Of a DNA stretch of 64,000 bases, positions 1 to 8,667 are shown one piece after another. The notes under the pieces were generated by a model, which saw only the letters and a list, made by a program, of their open reading frames with translations, searched no databases and was not told the DNA's origin. Origin of the DNA: Enterobacteria phage KhF1; sequence record KT184313.1; one strand, written 5' to 3'. A program made the position numbers and the translations under genes. Position 1 is the stretch's first letter. The number at the start of each line of letters is the position of its first letter.

Positions 1-150
1 AAAAAAAATTTNAAAAATTTTTTNGGAAAAACNNGNAANNAAAGGGTATGCNCACGNCNCCCAAAAAANANAACNAAAANAAAAAATTTTTTTTANANCC
101 CGCNAAAATTTTTTTTNTTTGTTTTTGGGGGAGGGGGGGAGTAAGAGGGG
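1..150. other. Low-quality / ambiguous sequence (N calls, homopolymer runs) at window start
   Basis: Multiple N characters and poly-A/T/G runs; ORFs here translate with X residues. Confidence 0.6.
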
Positions 151-179
151 GAGAGGGGTTGGGCTGGCTGTCTATAAAA

Positions 180-362
180 ACCTACCTGCACAATTCTAAA
201 ATGATTTTTCTTGCCCGACCTGAGCGGGGTCTGCACGTTTTGAAAATGAAAAAGCTCTTTGGAGATTACCTGCACAGTTTGAAAATGAATTTTCTCTTTG
301 GAGTTCAAAATTCTCTCTACAGATTTCTCTACAGAGATATACCTGCACAATTCTGAAATGAA
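180..362. repeat. Cluster of short direct repeats (ACCTGCACA-N-TT-N-T-N-AAAATGA units, about 4 copies; TCTTTGGAG x2; TTCTCTACAGA x2)
   Basis: Repeated near-identical 20-nt units at about 184-204, 232-252, 268-290, 338-360; non-coding, downstream of the 435-1220 gene. Confidence 0.5.
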
Positions 363-434
363 AAAGCCCTCCTTACCTGAAAAATTTACCAGATAAGAAA
401 GGCTTAGTCTATTGTGAATATCCTACGAAGTTTC

Positions 435-1220
435 TTAGCTCTTTGCGTCTAAGAAGGTAACTTCTGGCGAAGAGAAAACTGTCTCTATATCCTCATCAGT
501 TCTTGCATAGATGTAAGTATCTGCATCACTGCCAAATGTTACTGCAATCCTGTGATTGCTCTTCGACAGGTGGGTAACTAGAGCGTTACTTAGAGACATC
601 TTTTCAACCGGAGGGTTACTTTGATGTATCTTACCTTTTCTTCGTCTGAAGAGGGTAACTGCATTATCCGTGAACACAACTACACCTGCAAAGTATTCTG
701 GTTCACAGTAGTTCTTCCAACCTGAGCGTAACTTGTGGTACATCTCTCCTTCATAGACATATAGATAAACATCTACACTCTTCATCACCTGATTAATGAT
801 AACTGTGACGGCTTGAGGGTCTAGCCCACCGATACCTGCACCAATCATAGGTAACCCGACTTTCTTCAACTGATTGACTTCACAGTATCTGTTAAGCTGT
901 TTCAAAGATGACTCTAAAGCACTGTATCGGGCATCTTTACCAGTCTTAAGCTGAGTGTAAAGGTTAGCTATACGACCTTGTTTTAAACGTGCTACAGAGA
1001 AATTACCCAGTAAATTTTCACAGGGTTTGTGTCCTATACCACCTGCATATAGATAAACTTCTGTATCGGTCTCATATGCTTTTGGGTAAAGTTTAGAAAT
1101 CTTGTCAGCGATACCTGCACCCATTAAATTCATACAGTTGCAACCGTGACCGATGATGTCAAACTTACCTTTATCAAATGCGGCAAAGATATCACCATTG
1201 ATTATTTTTACAATACCCAT
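435..1220 (-). CDS. Macro-domain (ADP-ribose binding/processing) protein with about 110-aa C-terminal extension of unknown function
   Basis: N-terminal IINGDIF...DIIGHGCNCMNLMGAGIA resembles macro-domain Gly-rich ADP-ribose-binding motif; 261 aa. Confidence 0.6.
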   Translation of the reverse strand: MGIVKIINGDIFAAFDKGKFDIIGHGCNCMNLMGAGIADKISKLYPKAYETDTEVYLYAGGIGHKPCENLLGNFSVARLKQGRIANLYTQLKTGKDARYSALESSLKQLNRYCEVNQLKKVGLPMIGAGIGGLDPQAVTVIINQVMKSVDVYLYVYEGEMYHKLRSGWKNYCEPEYFAGVVVFTDNAVTLFRRRKGKIHQSNPPVEKMSLSNALVTHLSKSNHRIAVTFGSDADTYIYARTDEDIETVFSSPEVTFLDAKS

Positions 1221-1421
1221 TTAACATCTCTCCCAAGATTCTTTATCTTCTGAAGGTTTTACACGTTGCCCCTCATGGTCTACCCAGATACATCCACAAC
1301 CTTCACAGATTACTGGCATTGCATAACCAGCTTTAAAGTCATCTTCAGTGATAAGACCTTTTAAGTCACCTGTATCACGTCCAAACATTTCTATAGAACA
1401 GTCTTTGCAGAAGTCAGCCAT
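1221..1421 (-). CDS. Small Cys-rich (CxxC...CxGCGC) putative zinc-binding protein
   Basis: ORF 1221-1511, probable start at internal Met (MADFCKDC); two Cys pairs. Confidence 0.35.
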   Translation of the reverse strand: MADFCKDCSIEMFGRDTGDLKGLITEDDFKAGYAMPVICEGCGCIWVDHEGQRVKPSEDKESWERC

Positions 1422-1641
1422 TGATAATTGCCTCTTGAATGATGATACCTTTACCACAACGGCTTTTAAAGTCTTCCAATGGTTGGGAGATGAAGCCACG
1501 CAAGCAATCACTAAATACTAAGTTTTTCCTGTAGGCTATCACATCGTTTGCTGTAAACGGGATGACTTCATTTCTTCCAATGAATACTGCTGACCGGATG
1601 AGTTTCCGTGTCTTTTTATCTCTGGCTAGAATTACTCTCAT
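1414..1641 (-). CDS. Hypothetical protein (75 aa)
   Basis: ORF tightly packed between neighbours in leftward block. Confidence 0.3.
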   Translation of the reverse strand: MRVILARDKKTRKLIRSAVFIGRNEVIPFTANDVIAYRKNLVFSDCLRGFISQPLEDFKSRCGKGIIIQEAIING

Positions 1642-1942
1642 AATTTACCTTCTCAGTTAGCTCATATAAATCAACATGCTCAATACTATCAATGTTGATA
1701 TCAATCTTTTTGAAGCGTTCTATCACTTCGTTGTCAGTCATCCATATCAGACACCAATGATTCTGAATGGATTCTTCAAGAAGGTCAACACAATCTTTAA
1801 AAGTTTTTGTATCACTTCTCGTTCCAACTACTGCGATTGTTCCATATAGCCACCCACCATTGCCATAAGATACTTGCGCTACGCCAACTTCTTTACCTTT
1901 CTCGTAGTAAACGGCTACAAAGTCTCTTCCATTAATCTGCAT
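1616..1942 (-). CDS. Hypothetical protein (108 aa)
   Basis: ORF in co-oriented tightly packed block. Confidence 0.4.
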   Translation of the reverse strand: MQINGRDFVAVYYEKGKEVGVAQVSYGNGGWLYGTIAVVGTRSDTKTFKDCVDLLEESIQNHWCLIWMTDNEVIERFKKIDINIDSIEHVDLYELTEKVNYESNSSQR

Positions 1943-1944
1943 AG

Positions 1945-2217
1945 TTACTTCCTCGTTTTGAGAACTGCTAAGATTTCTTTAGAGTCTGGTAAGAACCATG
2001 TGTAGTGATTCTCTTTGATTTCTGGATGAGTGTCAACCTTTATTTTGCACTCTTTACCAACATGCTTAAGCTGTGCTGTGATACCTTGCATAAAGATGTG
2101 ACACATTACATTATCCATAATCGTAGGTAAGAAATCAATCCTCATGTAAGTATCTTTCGGTCTCGGTAGAAGTAAGTAACCTTCTGTGTAGAAAGTTTCA
2201 TCATTACTTTGTGTCAT
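1945..2217 (-). CDS. Hypothetical protein (90 aa)
   Basis: ORF abuts neighbours with 2-nt gap. Confidence 0.4.
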   Translation of the reverse strand: MTQSNDETFYTEGYLLLPRPKDTYMRIDFLPTIMDNVMCHIFMQGITAQLKHVGKECKIKVDTHPEIKENHYTWFLPDSKEILAVLKTRK

Positions 2218-2483
2218 TACTGCTTATTCCCTAATAAAATCATATCAATAAGGTTATTAGCTTTGATTGTGCACTGGTAAAATCCATCACGATAGAACTC
2301 AAGGGCTGCTGCCACATCACTACCAGTATTACCTTTGATAGTAAATCTTGAATCTTCTTGAGTGTACTTATCACTCTCACTTACTTGGGAGTTTTTGAAT
2401 GTACTGTTCACTTTGTTCGTTGAACACCCTGACATAATTATCAGTAACACAAACATTATAAAACTCTGGCTTAGTTTTTTCAT
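2217..2483 (-). CDS. Lipoprotein; candidate o-spanin (Rz1-like)
   Basis: Signal peptide with lipobox IMSGC; start embedded in a different frame inside the 3' part of the upstream membrane-protein gene. Confidence 0.4.
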   Translation of the reverse strand: MKKLSQSFIMFVLLIIMSGCSTNKVNSTFKNSQVSESDKYTQEDSRFTIKGNTGSDVAAALEFYRDGFYQCTIKANNLIDMILLGNKQ

Positions 2484-2724
2484 ACGTTAGTACCTCTTTT
2501 GTGTGCTTATTCTTAGCAAGCACATCTTTCAAATCATTTTTGTAATTGGTGCTGAGTGTGGCTAAACCTTCCTGATAAGCATCTTTGGCAACACTTATTA
2601 GTTTCTCATTATTTAGCTCAGTTTCAGCAACTTGGTAGTCTCTGTAAGAGTATCCTCCCCAGACACCTGTCCCAACTAAGAAAACAATTATGAAAGTAGC
2701 TTGACAGAACTCTTTAAATGTCAT
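2377..2724 (-). CDS. Membrane protein with N-terminal TM helix; candidate i-spanin (Rz-like)
   Basis: N-terminal hydrophobic segment ATFIIVFLVGTGVWGGY followed by charged periplasmic region; overlapped by lipoprotein gene. Confidence 0.4.
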   Translation of the reverse strand: MTFKEFCQATFIIVFLVGTGVWGGYSYRDYQVAETELNNEKLISVAKDAYQEGLATLSTNYKNDLKDVLAKNKHTKEVLTYEKTKPEFYNVCVTDNYVRVFNEQSEQYIQKLPSK

Positions 2725-2743
2725 TTAACAATCTCCTGAAATG

Positions 2744-2766
2744 AAAAAGGCTCCCGAAGGAGCCTG
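2744..2766 (-). terminator. Intrinsic terminator (GGCTCC-TTCG-GGAGCC + U-run on minus strand)
   Basis: GC stem 2749-2754/2759-2764 with tetraloop; T-run on minus strand (A-run 2744-2748 on plus). Confidence 0.6.
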
Positions 2767-2776
2767 TATCTTAACC

Positions 2777-3256
2777 TTAACCGAGGACTTTAGCAAGGAT
2801 ATTCGCAGCCATCGAAGAAGCTTTTGCAGCAGCAACTACGCCAGCTTTGACAGTGCTATCCTTAATAGCAGATACCGTTGCAGCATCAGTAAAGAGATAA
2901 GTGATTGTTTTGGAACCACTTGTAAAGGAAAGCATAAGGGTAGTTTCCAGATTGAAAGAGCGATACGGAGCACCTTCTTTAACGATACCTTCAGCACCTA
3001 ACTCTGAAGCCTTACCCATATCATAGATAGTCATCAGGTTTTCTTTGTGTGCAGTCGTTGAACCAACACCTTTTACGTGCTTCTTAACGTTCAACAATGC
3101 ACGATATTCACGAATGCTGCCATCAGCTTTTACATTAACAGCACGGAAAATTTTACCTTCAAAGTTACCTTGAATCATTTTACGAACTACTTCAGATTTG
3201 TTTGCCGTATCGTCCAGTGCTACCGTAATGATATTGTTCATAAGTTCTTCTCTCAA
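2777..3256 (-). CDS. Hypothetical protein (159 aa)
   Basis: ORF followed by intrinsic terminator. Confidence 0.45.
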   Translation of the reverse strand: MREELMNNIITVALDDTANKSEVVRKMIQGNFEGKIFRAVNVKADGSIREYRALLNVKKHVKGVGSTTAHKENLMTIYDMGKASELGAEGIVKEGAPYRSFNLETTLMLSFTSGSKTITYLFTDAATVSAIKDSTVKAGVVAAAKASSMAANILAKVLG

Positions 3257-3948
3257 TGTTTAACTAACATGGTTTTAATGTGTGGAAGGATTCTGTTTAC
3301 CTTCTGAACATTCTTCTCTGTATCTTCTATAAAGCATACTATATTAAAGTAAGGAAGAATGCAAGACTGAATCATCCTCACTTTCAAACTTTCTGCACTT
3401 ATAGAGTTAGTTCCAAAACCACGCATAAAAAGCAAGTAATCATGCTCTATATTGTGCCTTAAAAACATCTCAGTAGGTATTCTCTGAGATTCACCTCTTG
3501 CTGTCAAGAGTCCAACTGCTGCATGATTTGCAATTGCATCAATAATGTTGAAAACATATGTTGGTTTTGCTCTTACAGAATCAAGAAGATTAGTGTACTG
3601 TGAGAATGACCCATCAGTCAATTCCGTTGAGCAATCTTCGTGATTAAAATTTGTAAGAACACCATCAATATCTGCTAAGATGAGGTTACCTTTTTCTACA
3701 AGGTCTTTATTGACTATCACTAAGCTATCACGCCTTACACCTATAGTTTGTCCAGTCTCTTTGTCCACAACGTTCACAATGGGTTCTGATGTGTGGAACT
3801 CTTCAAGTGAACATACAACCTCTCTTGCAGTGTCTTCAAAATCTCTGCACTGTTCTGGAGTCCATACACAGGAATCAAGACCTAACTCATGAGGATGCAA
3901 GTCATAAGCGTGGCACAGGACTTCATCAGACTTTCTTAATTTTTTCAT
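3253..3948 (-). CDS. HAD-like hydrolase/phosphatase (possible nucleotidase) with N-terminal extension
   Basis: ILADIDGVLTN matches HAD motif I (DxDx[TV][LV]) but lies about 95 aa from N-terminus; 231 aa. Confidence 0.4.
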   Translation of the reverse strand: MKKLRKSDEVLCHAYDLHPHELGLDSCVWTPEQCRDFEDTAREVVCSLEEFHTSEPIVNVVDKETGQTIGVRRDSLVIVNKDLVEKGNLILADIDGVLTNFNHEDCSTELTDGSFSQYTNLLDSVRAKPTYVFNIIDAIANHAAVGLLTARGESQRIPTEMFLRHNIEHDYLLFMRGFGTNSISAESLKVRMIQSCILPYFNIVCFIEDTEKNVQKVNRILPHIKTMLVKH

Positions 3949-4474
3949 GATTTACCTTAGAAATGTTTGTTGCAAATTCACATTGAGCGATAACTTTCAT
4001 ATTGTTATAGACATCTTGAGAGTATTTCTTAGCTTTAGGGATTCTGTACGAATACCCAGCATTATATGATGCTAAAACTTTTTGTAAAGTCTTCTTTGAC
4101 TTTGGCTGACCATGCACCTTTGTCCAAAACTCAAGCTCTTTGTGAGTTTCCTTCGCAGCATAGTCAAAGTCTTTTAAGAGTTTCTTTTTAGCCACATTAG
4201 GACTAATTTTGTTACGCTTTACAACAGTCTTCAAGTGATTCTGGAAAATACCATAATCATGTGTCTTTTTATTCTCTACCTTCAGACCTAACTCTGACTC
4301 TTGTAAGGCTATAGCAGCTAGAGTGATACCCCAACCTTTACCCATGTTATTCTCACCATACTGGTAAGCTTTTAACATGTTTACTTTTTGGCTAATTGAT
4401 AGCTCTGGGCAGTCAACTGCATAAGATAAGTGTGCTGTAAACATTAAGCACAAACCTAGAATCAATTTCTTCAT
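3926..4474 (-). CDS. Secreted lytic transglycosylase (SLT domain), probable endolysin
   Basis: Sec signal peptide MKKLILGLCLMFTAHLSYA; SLT motifs ALQESELG, GIFQ, SYNAGYS. Confidence 0.6.
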   Translation of the reverse strand: MKKLILGLCLMFTAHLSYAVDCPELSISQKVNMLKAYQYGENNMGKGWGITLAAIALQESELGLKVENKKTHDYGIFQNHLKTVVKRNKISPNVAKKKLLKDFDYAAKETHKELEFWTKVHGQPKSKKTLQKVLASYNAGYSYRIPKAKKYSQDVYNNMKVIAQCEFATNISKVNHEKIKKV

Positions 4475-4534
4475 TGGTTCTCCTGTTTAGTTTATCGTGA
4501 CAACAATTATACAGTACTCTGCACAAAATACAAA

Positions 4535-4561
4535 TAAAAAAGGCCGCCGAAGCAGCCTTTT
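4535..4561 (-). terminator. Intrinsic terminator downstream of rIIB-like gene
   Basis: Minus strand reads GGCTGC-TTCG-GCGGCC followed by T6; stem 4542-4557. Confidence 0.6.
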
Positions 4562-4574
4562 AAGAAATTACTTA

Positions 4575-5684
4575 TTAGATTTCACGTTTACGCTGAGAGA
4601 TAAGTTCACCAGCAGTGCCAACGATGACATGCAGAGCTTCAGTCTTGCCATCCCACGCTTTCAGTACCTTACGTTGATTATCAACGATTGCTGCAACTTC
4701 ATAACGAGACGAGCGCATCTTCATATCATTGTAATCAGTTGGAACAGATACAACATCTCGTGGATGGACACGAACCTTCAGAATTGTATCGCCTGAGAAG
4801 CAACGAACATAATCCCAAGCACCAACGTGAAGACCTTGAGAGCAAGTCACGTTACGGTTATTATCAACCATCCAACGTGGCATTTCTACAACGTTACCCA
4901 AATCATTAGGTACTTTGTAGGTGTGGGAGTCAACCAGCTTGCCTTCACGAGTGGATACTTTCTTCCAACCAATGATGTAGCCTTCCTCATCAATTTCGAC
5001 ATCAAGGTGAGATACGAAGCCCCAAAGTTGTTCTACAGAGTCTTTAGATGGGTTTTCCATCAGTTTTTCGAAGAACATCACAAGGCGTTCAAAGCCTTTG
5101 TCTCCAGTCTTCATCATGTGAAGAATACGGTCAACCAGAGTAGAACGCATCTCAACAGCACCGTAGAATAGCTTGTCGCCTTTGATTGTGATAGCACCCT
5201 GAGTGAAGTTTTCGATAGACTTACGAATGTTCATCAGTTCAAATGCTTTCTTGAACTCACCTTTCACAACATGAACTACAATCTCTTGATAGTTCGGATG
5301 AGTAGACTCAACAATTTCAGATTCTGAACCATAAGTCATAATTACAGAATCACCAGTAATCATGTACTCAATCTTGTCATCTTTCTGCATAGCTTCGTGC
5401 AGTTTATTTACTGGAGCTTTCTGTACAGCGTCTTTAACTACCTTTTCAACTGGTTTTCCATCTTTCTTCTTAAAGGTCTTAGCAACTTGTTTCAAAGTCT
5501 TCGTAGCTGGTGTAGAAGTTGCCTTCTTATTCCCTTTTAAGGTTGCTTCATGACGCTCTACAGCACGACCGACTGAACGGGTTGAAGTATTAAATTTCTG
5601 TGCAATAGCTGTTTTAGTCAGCTTACCTTCTTTAACCAGTTTGTAAATTTCTGCGTCAATCTGTGCTTTAGTTTTAGTAGTCAT
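4575..5684 (-). CDS. rIIB: rIIB-like protein
   Basis: 369-aa ORF immediately downstream of rIIA-like gene; assignment mainly by synteny and size. Confidence 0.45.
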   Translation of the reverse strand: MTTKTKAQIDAEIYKLVKEGKLTKTAIAQKFNTSTRSVGRAVERHEATLKGNKKATSTPATKTLKQVAKTFKKKDGKPVEKVVKDAVQKAPVNKLHEAMQKDDKIEYMITGDSVIMTYGSESEIVESTHPNYQEIVVHVVKGEFKKAFELMNIRKSIENFTQGAITIKGDKLFYGAVEMRSTLVDRILHMMKTGDKGFERLVMFFEKLMENPSKDSVEQLWGFVSHLDVEIDEEGYIIGWKKVSTREGKLVDSHTYKVPNDLGNVVEMPRWMVDNNRNVTCSQGLHVGAWDYVRCFSGDTILKVRVHPRDVVSVPTDYNDMKMRSSRYEVAAIVDNQRKVLKAWDGKTEALHVIVGTAGELISQRKREI

Positions 5685-5733
5685 CTTATTACTCTCTCTT
5701 GTTAGTTAATAAATCATTTTGTGATGCTATTTT

Positions 5734-5758
5734 AAGGGGCTTTGAAGCCCCTTGTCAA
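5734..5758 (-). promoter_or_regulatory. Hairpin (AGGGGCT-TTGA-AGCCCCT) overlapping a candidate sigma70 promoter for rIIB (TTGACA-18-TAAAAT on minus strand)
   Basis: Inverted repeat 5735-5741/5746-5752; minus-strand TTGACA at 5753-5758; weak U-run so not a strong terminator. Confidence 0.25.
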
Positions 5759-5763
5759 ACACT

Positions 5764-8130
5764 TTAATCGTAAATTGTAGTCCCTTCTGGAACACATTTT
5801 ACATCAAAACCTAAGAACTTACTCACTTCGATGGGTGACACTTTATTCCAATCTAAATGAGAAAGCAAGAAGTTTTCTTGTTTTCTTTTTGAAAGATAGT
5901 TTGTCACCTTAATAACCATACGGTCACCAGCTTTCTTAATTTTCTTGTAAAGCTTTGTATCGTTGTCAAGGCAGTCTTTCAAAGTTTTCAATACACTAAT
6001 GGTATAAGTGTATGCAAATGGTGCAGCAACGTATTGGATTTTACCGAACATTGCCTCTACAGCCTCTTCATTTCCTTCTAGGAAGATAGTTTTGTTTGTA
6101 TCCCTTGAATAACAATACCCGCGAGAAATCTTCCTGTTATTAAACGTAAAGTTTCTGGCAATAATCCAACTGCTTGTAAGGTCAAGGACACCATTCATAT
6201 AGATACGCGTCATATATCTGTTATGGTTAATCCAGTGAACATCAGTTAAGCTGTCGTTCAAGAGTTTCTCATCTACTTCAATCCAATCTTCTGGTATCTT
6301 TTTCCAATTTGCTTTTCGGAAAACATAGACTGTCTTACCTGTAACATTAGCAACTGACTTAGCTACATCTTCTGGAGATGAGCAAAAACATTCACCATCA
6401 ACTGTGTCACCGATTGCCTTAATGTAAAGCTGAGGTTCTTCAATTGTGTCTAAGTCCTCTGACACCTCTTTGTAGGAGGCTACACCTTCTGCTGGAACAG
6501 CTTTCCAGAGTTTTACAACACCTCTTACAGCTTCTTTACGTTGGTAATGGTGTTCCTTATCAGACATTTTCACAATCTTTAACAAGCTTTTATCAAGTTT
6601 GTGCAGATTGATTAAGTCATCTAACTCTTTTTCAGTCGAGAATACAAAGACAATACCATTGTATCTGTGAAACAGACTTGACTCACTGGCATAGTCTCGA
6701 CATGCACCACGCAAGATTTGGTTGCGTCCTACAGTCTTCTCAGTACCATTTTTATTGCGACGGTCATTTATAACAAACAAAAACTGTTCAATTTGGCTTT
6801 TACGCATTGCGCCAAAGATATTGAACATACTTGCCTCTTGAGTGTAGGAAAGTGCTGTTGCACGAATCTTACTCTCTAAAGAGTTGAACTTGACATAAGC
6901 AACTGGGTCATAAAGATAATCTACTTTAGGGATGTTGTTTCCGTTCCTATCAACCTTAATATTACCTTTACCGTCACGTTCATAAATGACTGAGCCGTCT
7001 TCTGCGTAGATAATTCCACGACGAATGTTTAGTAATTCTTCTTCCAGAGAATCAAGCTTAACGCCTCCCCACTCTAACTTTGGACACACAGCATTAAACA
7101 TCTCTCGTGAGTTCAAACGTAACTCAGCATAAGCCTGTGCAGCATCCATGAGTGTAGGTTGACTGTTAACTTTCTTGATAACATCCTTTGTAATTGCTTC
7201 AGTTATCTTTTTAGTAGCCTCAATGATAACATTTTTTGTCGTGTCATTCATCTGCAATGCTTCACGAGAAGCTGCAATAGCGACTGAACCAATAGGCATG
7301 TAGATGTTTACAAGGTCTACGCTCCTACGGAAAAATTCTGGCAATACTTTGAAGAAATCATCACCAAGTAATGCTTCCATGTTAACAGGGTAGGCAATGT
7401 TACCCATCACCACATTAAACTCTGTCCTGTTATCACTAGAACGCCAGCTGTGCTTATGAATCATGGCATCATAAACACCTTCTTCACGGGCAATGACGTT
7501 CATATCTGCTAATACATCGTCGTACTCAATATTACTTTCTGGTTTTACAGTGAAGTATGAGTACACATTCCCAGCTTCTTCAAAGAACTTTGAGATACGG
7601 TGGTCAGCAACCGCCACACGTACAGCTAAACCATTAGGTTCTTTTGTTGGGTTAGTTGTCAGCTTAGTTACTTGAGGGATACCATTCTCAAGATAAACAG
7701 AGTACTTATTAACAACACCATCAACATAGCTAGATACTGTGAATGACTGAGCAATTGCAAATGGTGACTTTGAGCCGATACCCATTGCACCAATGTAGTC
7801 ATTAGAGTCATTCTTCGTAGAAGCTCCATAGTTTAGGTACAAACTCATAACTTTATCATGAGTCAATCCAGTTCCAAAATCACGAACTTCGAAGTAAGGC
7901 TCAAAACGAGTAGGTAAATGCACATGGAATGGGATGTTCTCTTTTCCAGCTTCTTTCTGAGCATCTACTGCGTTACATGACAGTTCACGAATCACTGCCC
8001 TTTCTTTAAAGGTATATACACCAGAACTCAAAAGGCTGAACATCTCAGGTGTCATTGTAATCTGTGCTTGAGACGTCTCTAAAGAAGTTGAACTCTTAAT
8101 CACTTCTGCGTGGTCATTTACCATGCGCAT
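5764..8130 (-). CDS. rIIA: rIIA-like protein with N-terminal GHKL/HATPase-type ATPase domain
   Basis: IRELSCNAVDA ... VRDFGTGL ... GAMGIGSKSPFAIA match GHKL ATPase N, G1 and G2 boxes; 788 aa; adjacent to rIIB-like gene. Confidence 0.6.
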   Translation of the reverse strand: MRMVNDHAEVIKSSTSLETSQAQITMTPEMFSLLSSGVYTFKERAVIRELSCNAVDAQKEAGKENIPFHVHLPTRFEPYFEVRDFGTGLTHDKVMSLYLNYGASTKNDSNDYIGAMGIGSKSPFAIAQSFTVSSYVDGVVNKYSVYLENGIPQVTKLTTNPTKEPNGLAVRVAVADHRISKFFEEAGNVYSYFTVKPESNIEYDDVLADMNVIAREEGVYDAMIHKHSWRSSDNRTEFNVVMGNIAYPVNMEALLGDDFFKVLPEFFRRSVDLVNIYMPIGSVAIAASREALQMNDTTKNVIIEATKKITEAITKDVIKKVNSQPTLMDAAQAYAELRLNSREMFNAVCPKLEWGGVKLDSLEEELLNIRRGIIYAEDGSVIYERDGKGNIKVDRNGNNIPKVDYLYDPVAYVKFNSLESKIRATALSYTQEASMFNIFGAMRKSQIEQFLFVINDRRNKNGTEKTVGRNQILRGACRDYASESSLFHRYNGIVFVFSTEKELDDLINLHKLDKSLLKIVKMSDKEHHYQRKEAVRGVVKLWKAVPAEGVASYKEVSEDLDTIEEPQLYIKAIGDTVDGECFCSSPEDVAKSVANVTGKTVYVFRKANWKKIPEDWIEVDEKLLNDSLTDVHWINHNRYMTRIYMNGVLDLTSSWIIARNFTFNNRKISRGYCYSRDTNKTIFLEGNEEAVEAMFGKIQYVAAPFAYTYTISVLKTLKDCLDNDTKLYKKIKKAGDRMVIKVTNYLSKRKQENFLLSHLDWNKVSPIEVSKFLGFDVKCVPEGTTIYD

Positions 8131-8158
8131 AATACTTTCCTCTTAGTTTACTGTTAAA

Positions 8159-8335
8159 TTACTTATTAAACATTTTACCAGAACCACCACAAATAGGGCA
8201 ACAACCTGCTCTTGTATACCCTTCTCCGTTACAGTAGTCACACTTTTTGTGTTCTGCAAAGTACTTACAAAGAAGGCAAACAAATATTGCTACACTACCA
8301 AGTGACAGTAAAATTTCTATCCAATATGCTTGCAT
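8159..8335 (-). CDS. Small membrane protein with DnaJ-type CxxCxGxG zinc-finger repeats (58 aa)
   Basis: Manually translated: MQAYWIEILLSLGSVAIFVCLLCKYFAEHKKCDYCNGEGYTRAGCCPICGGSGKMFNK; below ORF-track cutoff. Confidence 0.3.
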   Translation of the reverse strand: MQAYWIEILLSLGSVAIFVCLLCKYFAEHKKCDYCNGEGYTRAGCCPICGGSGKMFNK

Positions 8336-8652
8336 GACTCACCTCTCATGTTTTTGTAAAGGATAAAGCTTCTGTCATGAACGATACTTGTAGATACTGC
8401 AAAGTTACTTTCAAGCATCTGTTTGTTTGGATTGTAGAAGCTTTTTTTAAACTCGTCAAGCGCAAACTGGTGATGTTGTGGAAGACCTTTTACACAAACC
8501 TTTATTGTGATTGCTGCTGCAACCTTTCCAGTCAGTTCTTCTTTAGCTGCTACTAAAATTTTGTTGAGGAACTTATGACCATCTTCAGTCTTCTTGATGT
8601 TCTCCCAACGTTCTTCTAAGACAATGTTGATGTTCATTTCTTTGATTTTCAT
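8317..8652 (-). CDS. Hypothetical protein (111 aa)
   Basis: ORF downstream of NAD-module terminator. Confidence 0.45.
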   Translation of the reverse strand: MKIKEMNINIVLEERWENIKKTEDGHKFLNKILVAAKEELTGKVAAAITIKVCVKGLPQHHQFALDEFKKSFYNPNKQMLESNFAVSTSIVHDRSFILYKNMRGESCKHIG

Positions 8653-8667
8653 AGTTTTCTCCAGAAA

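Noticed and set aside
48-356. ORFs 48-356 (+) and 93-350 (-) at the window start
   Set aside because: They translate through N-containing low-quality sequence (X residues) and a direct-repeat cluster; low-complexity products; treated as non-coding or artefact.
2741-3001. Plus-strand ORF 2741-3001
   Set aside because: Begins inside the terminator hairpin and lies antisense to the well-packed minus-strand gene 2777-3256; shadow ORF.
5734-5758. Hairpin between rIIA and rIIB as an intrinsic terminator
   Set aside because: Stem is good but the downstream U-run on the minus strand is weak (TTAAAAT); more likely a promoter-embedded or attenuating structure.
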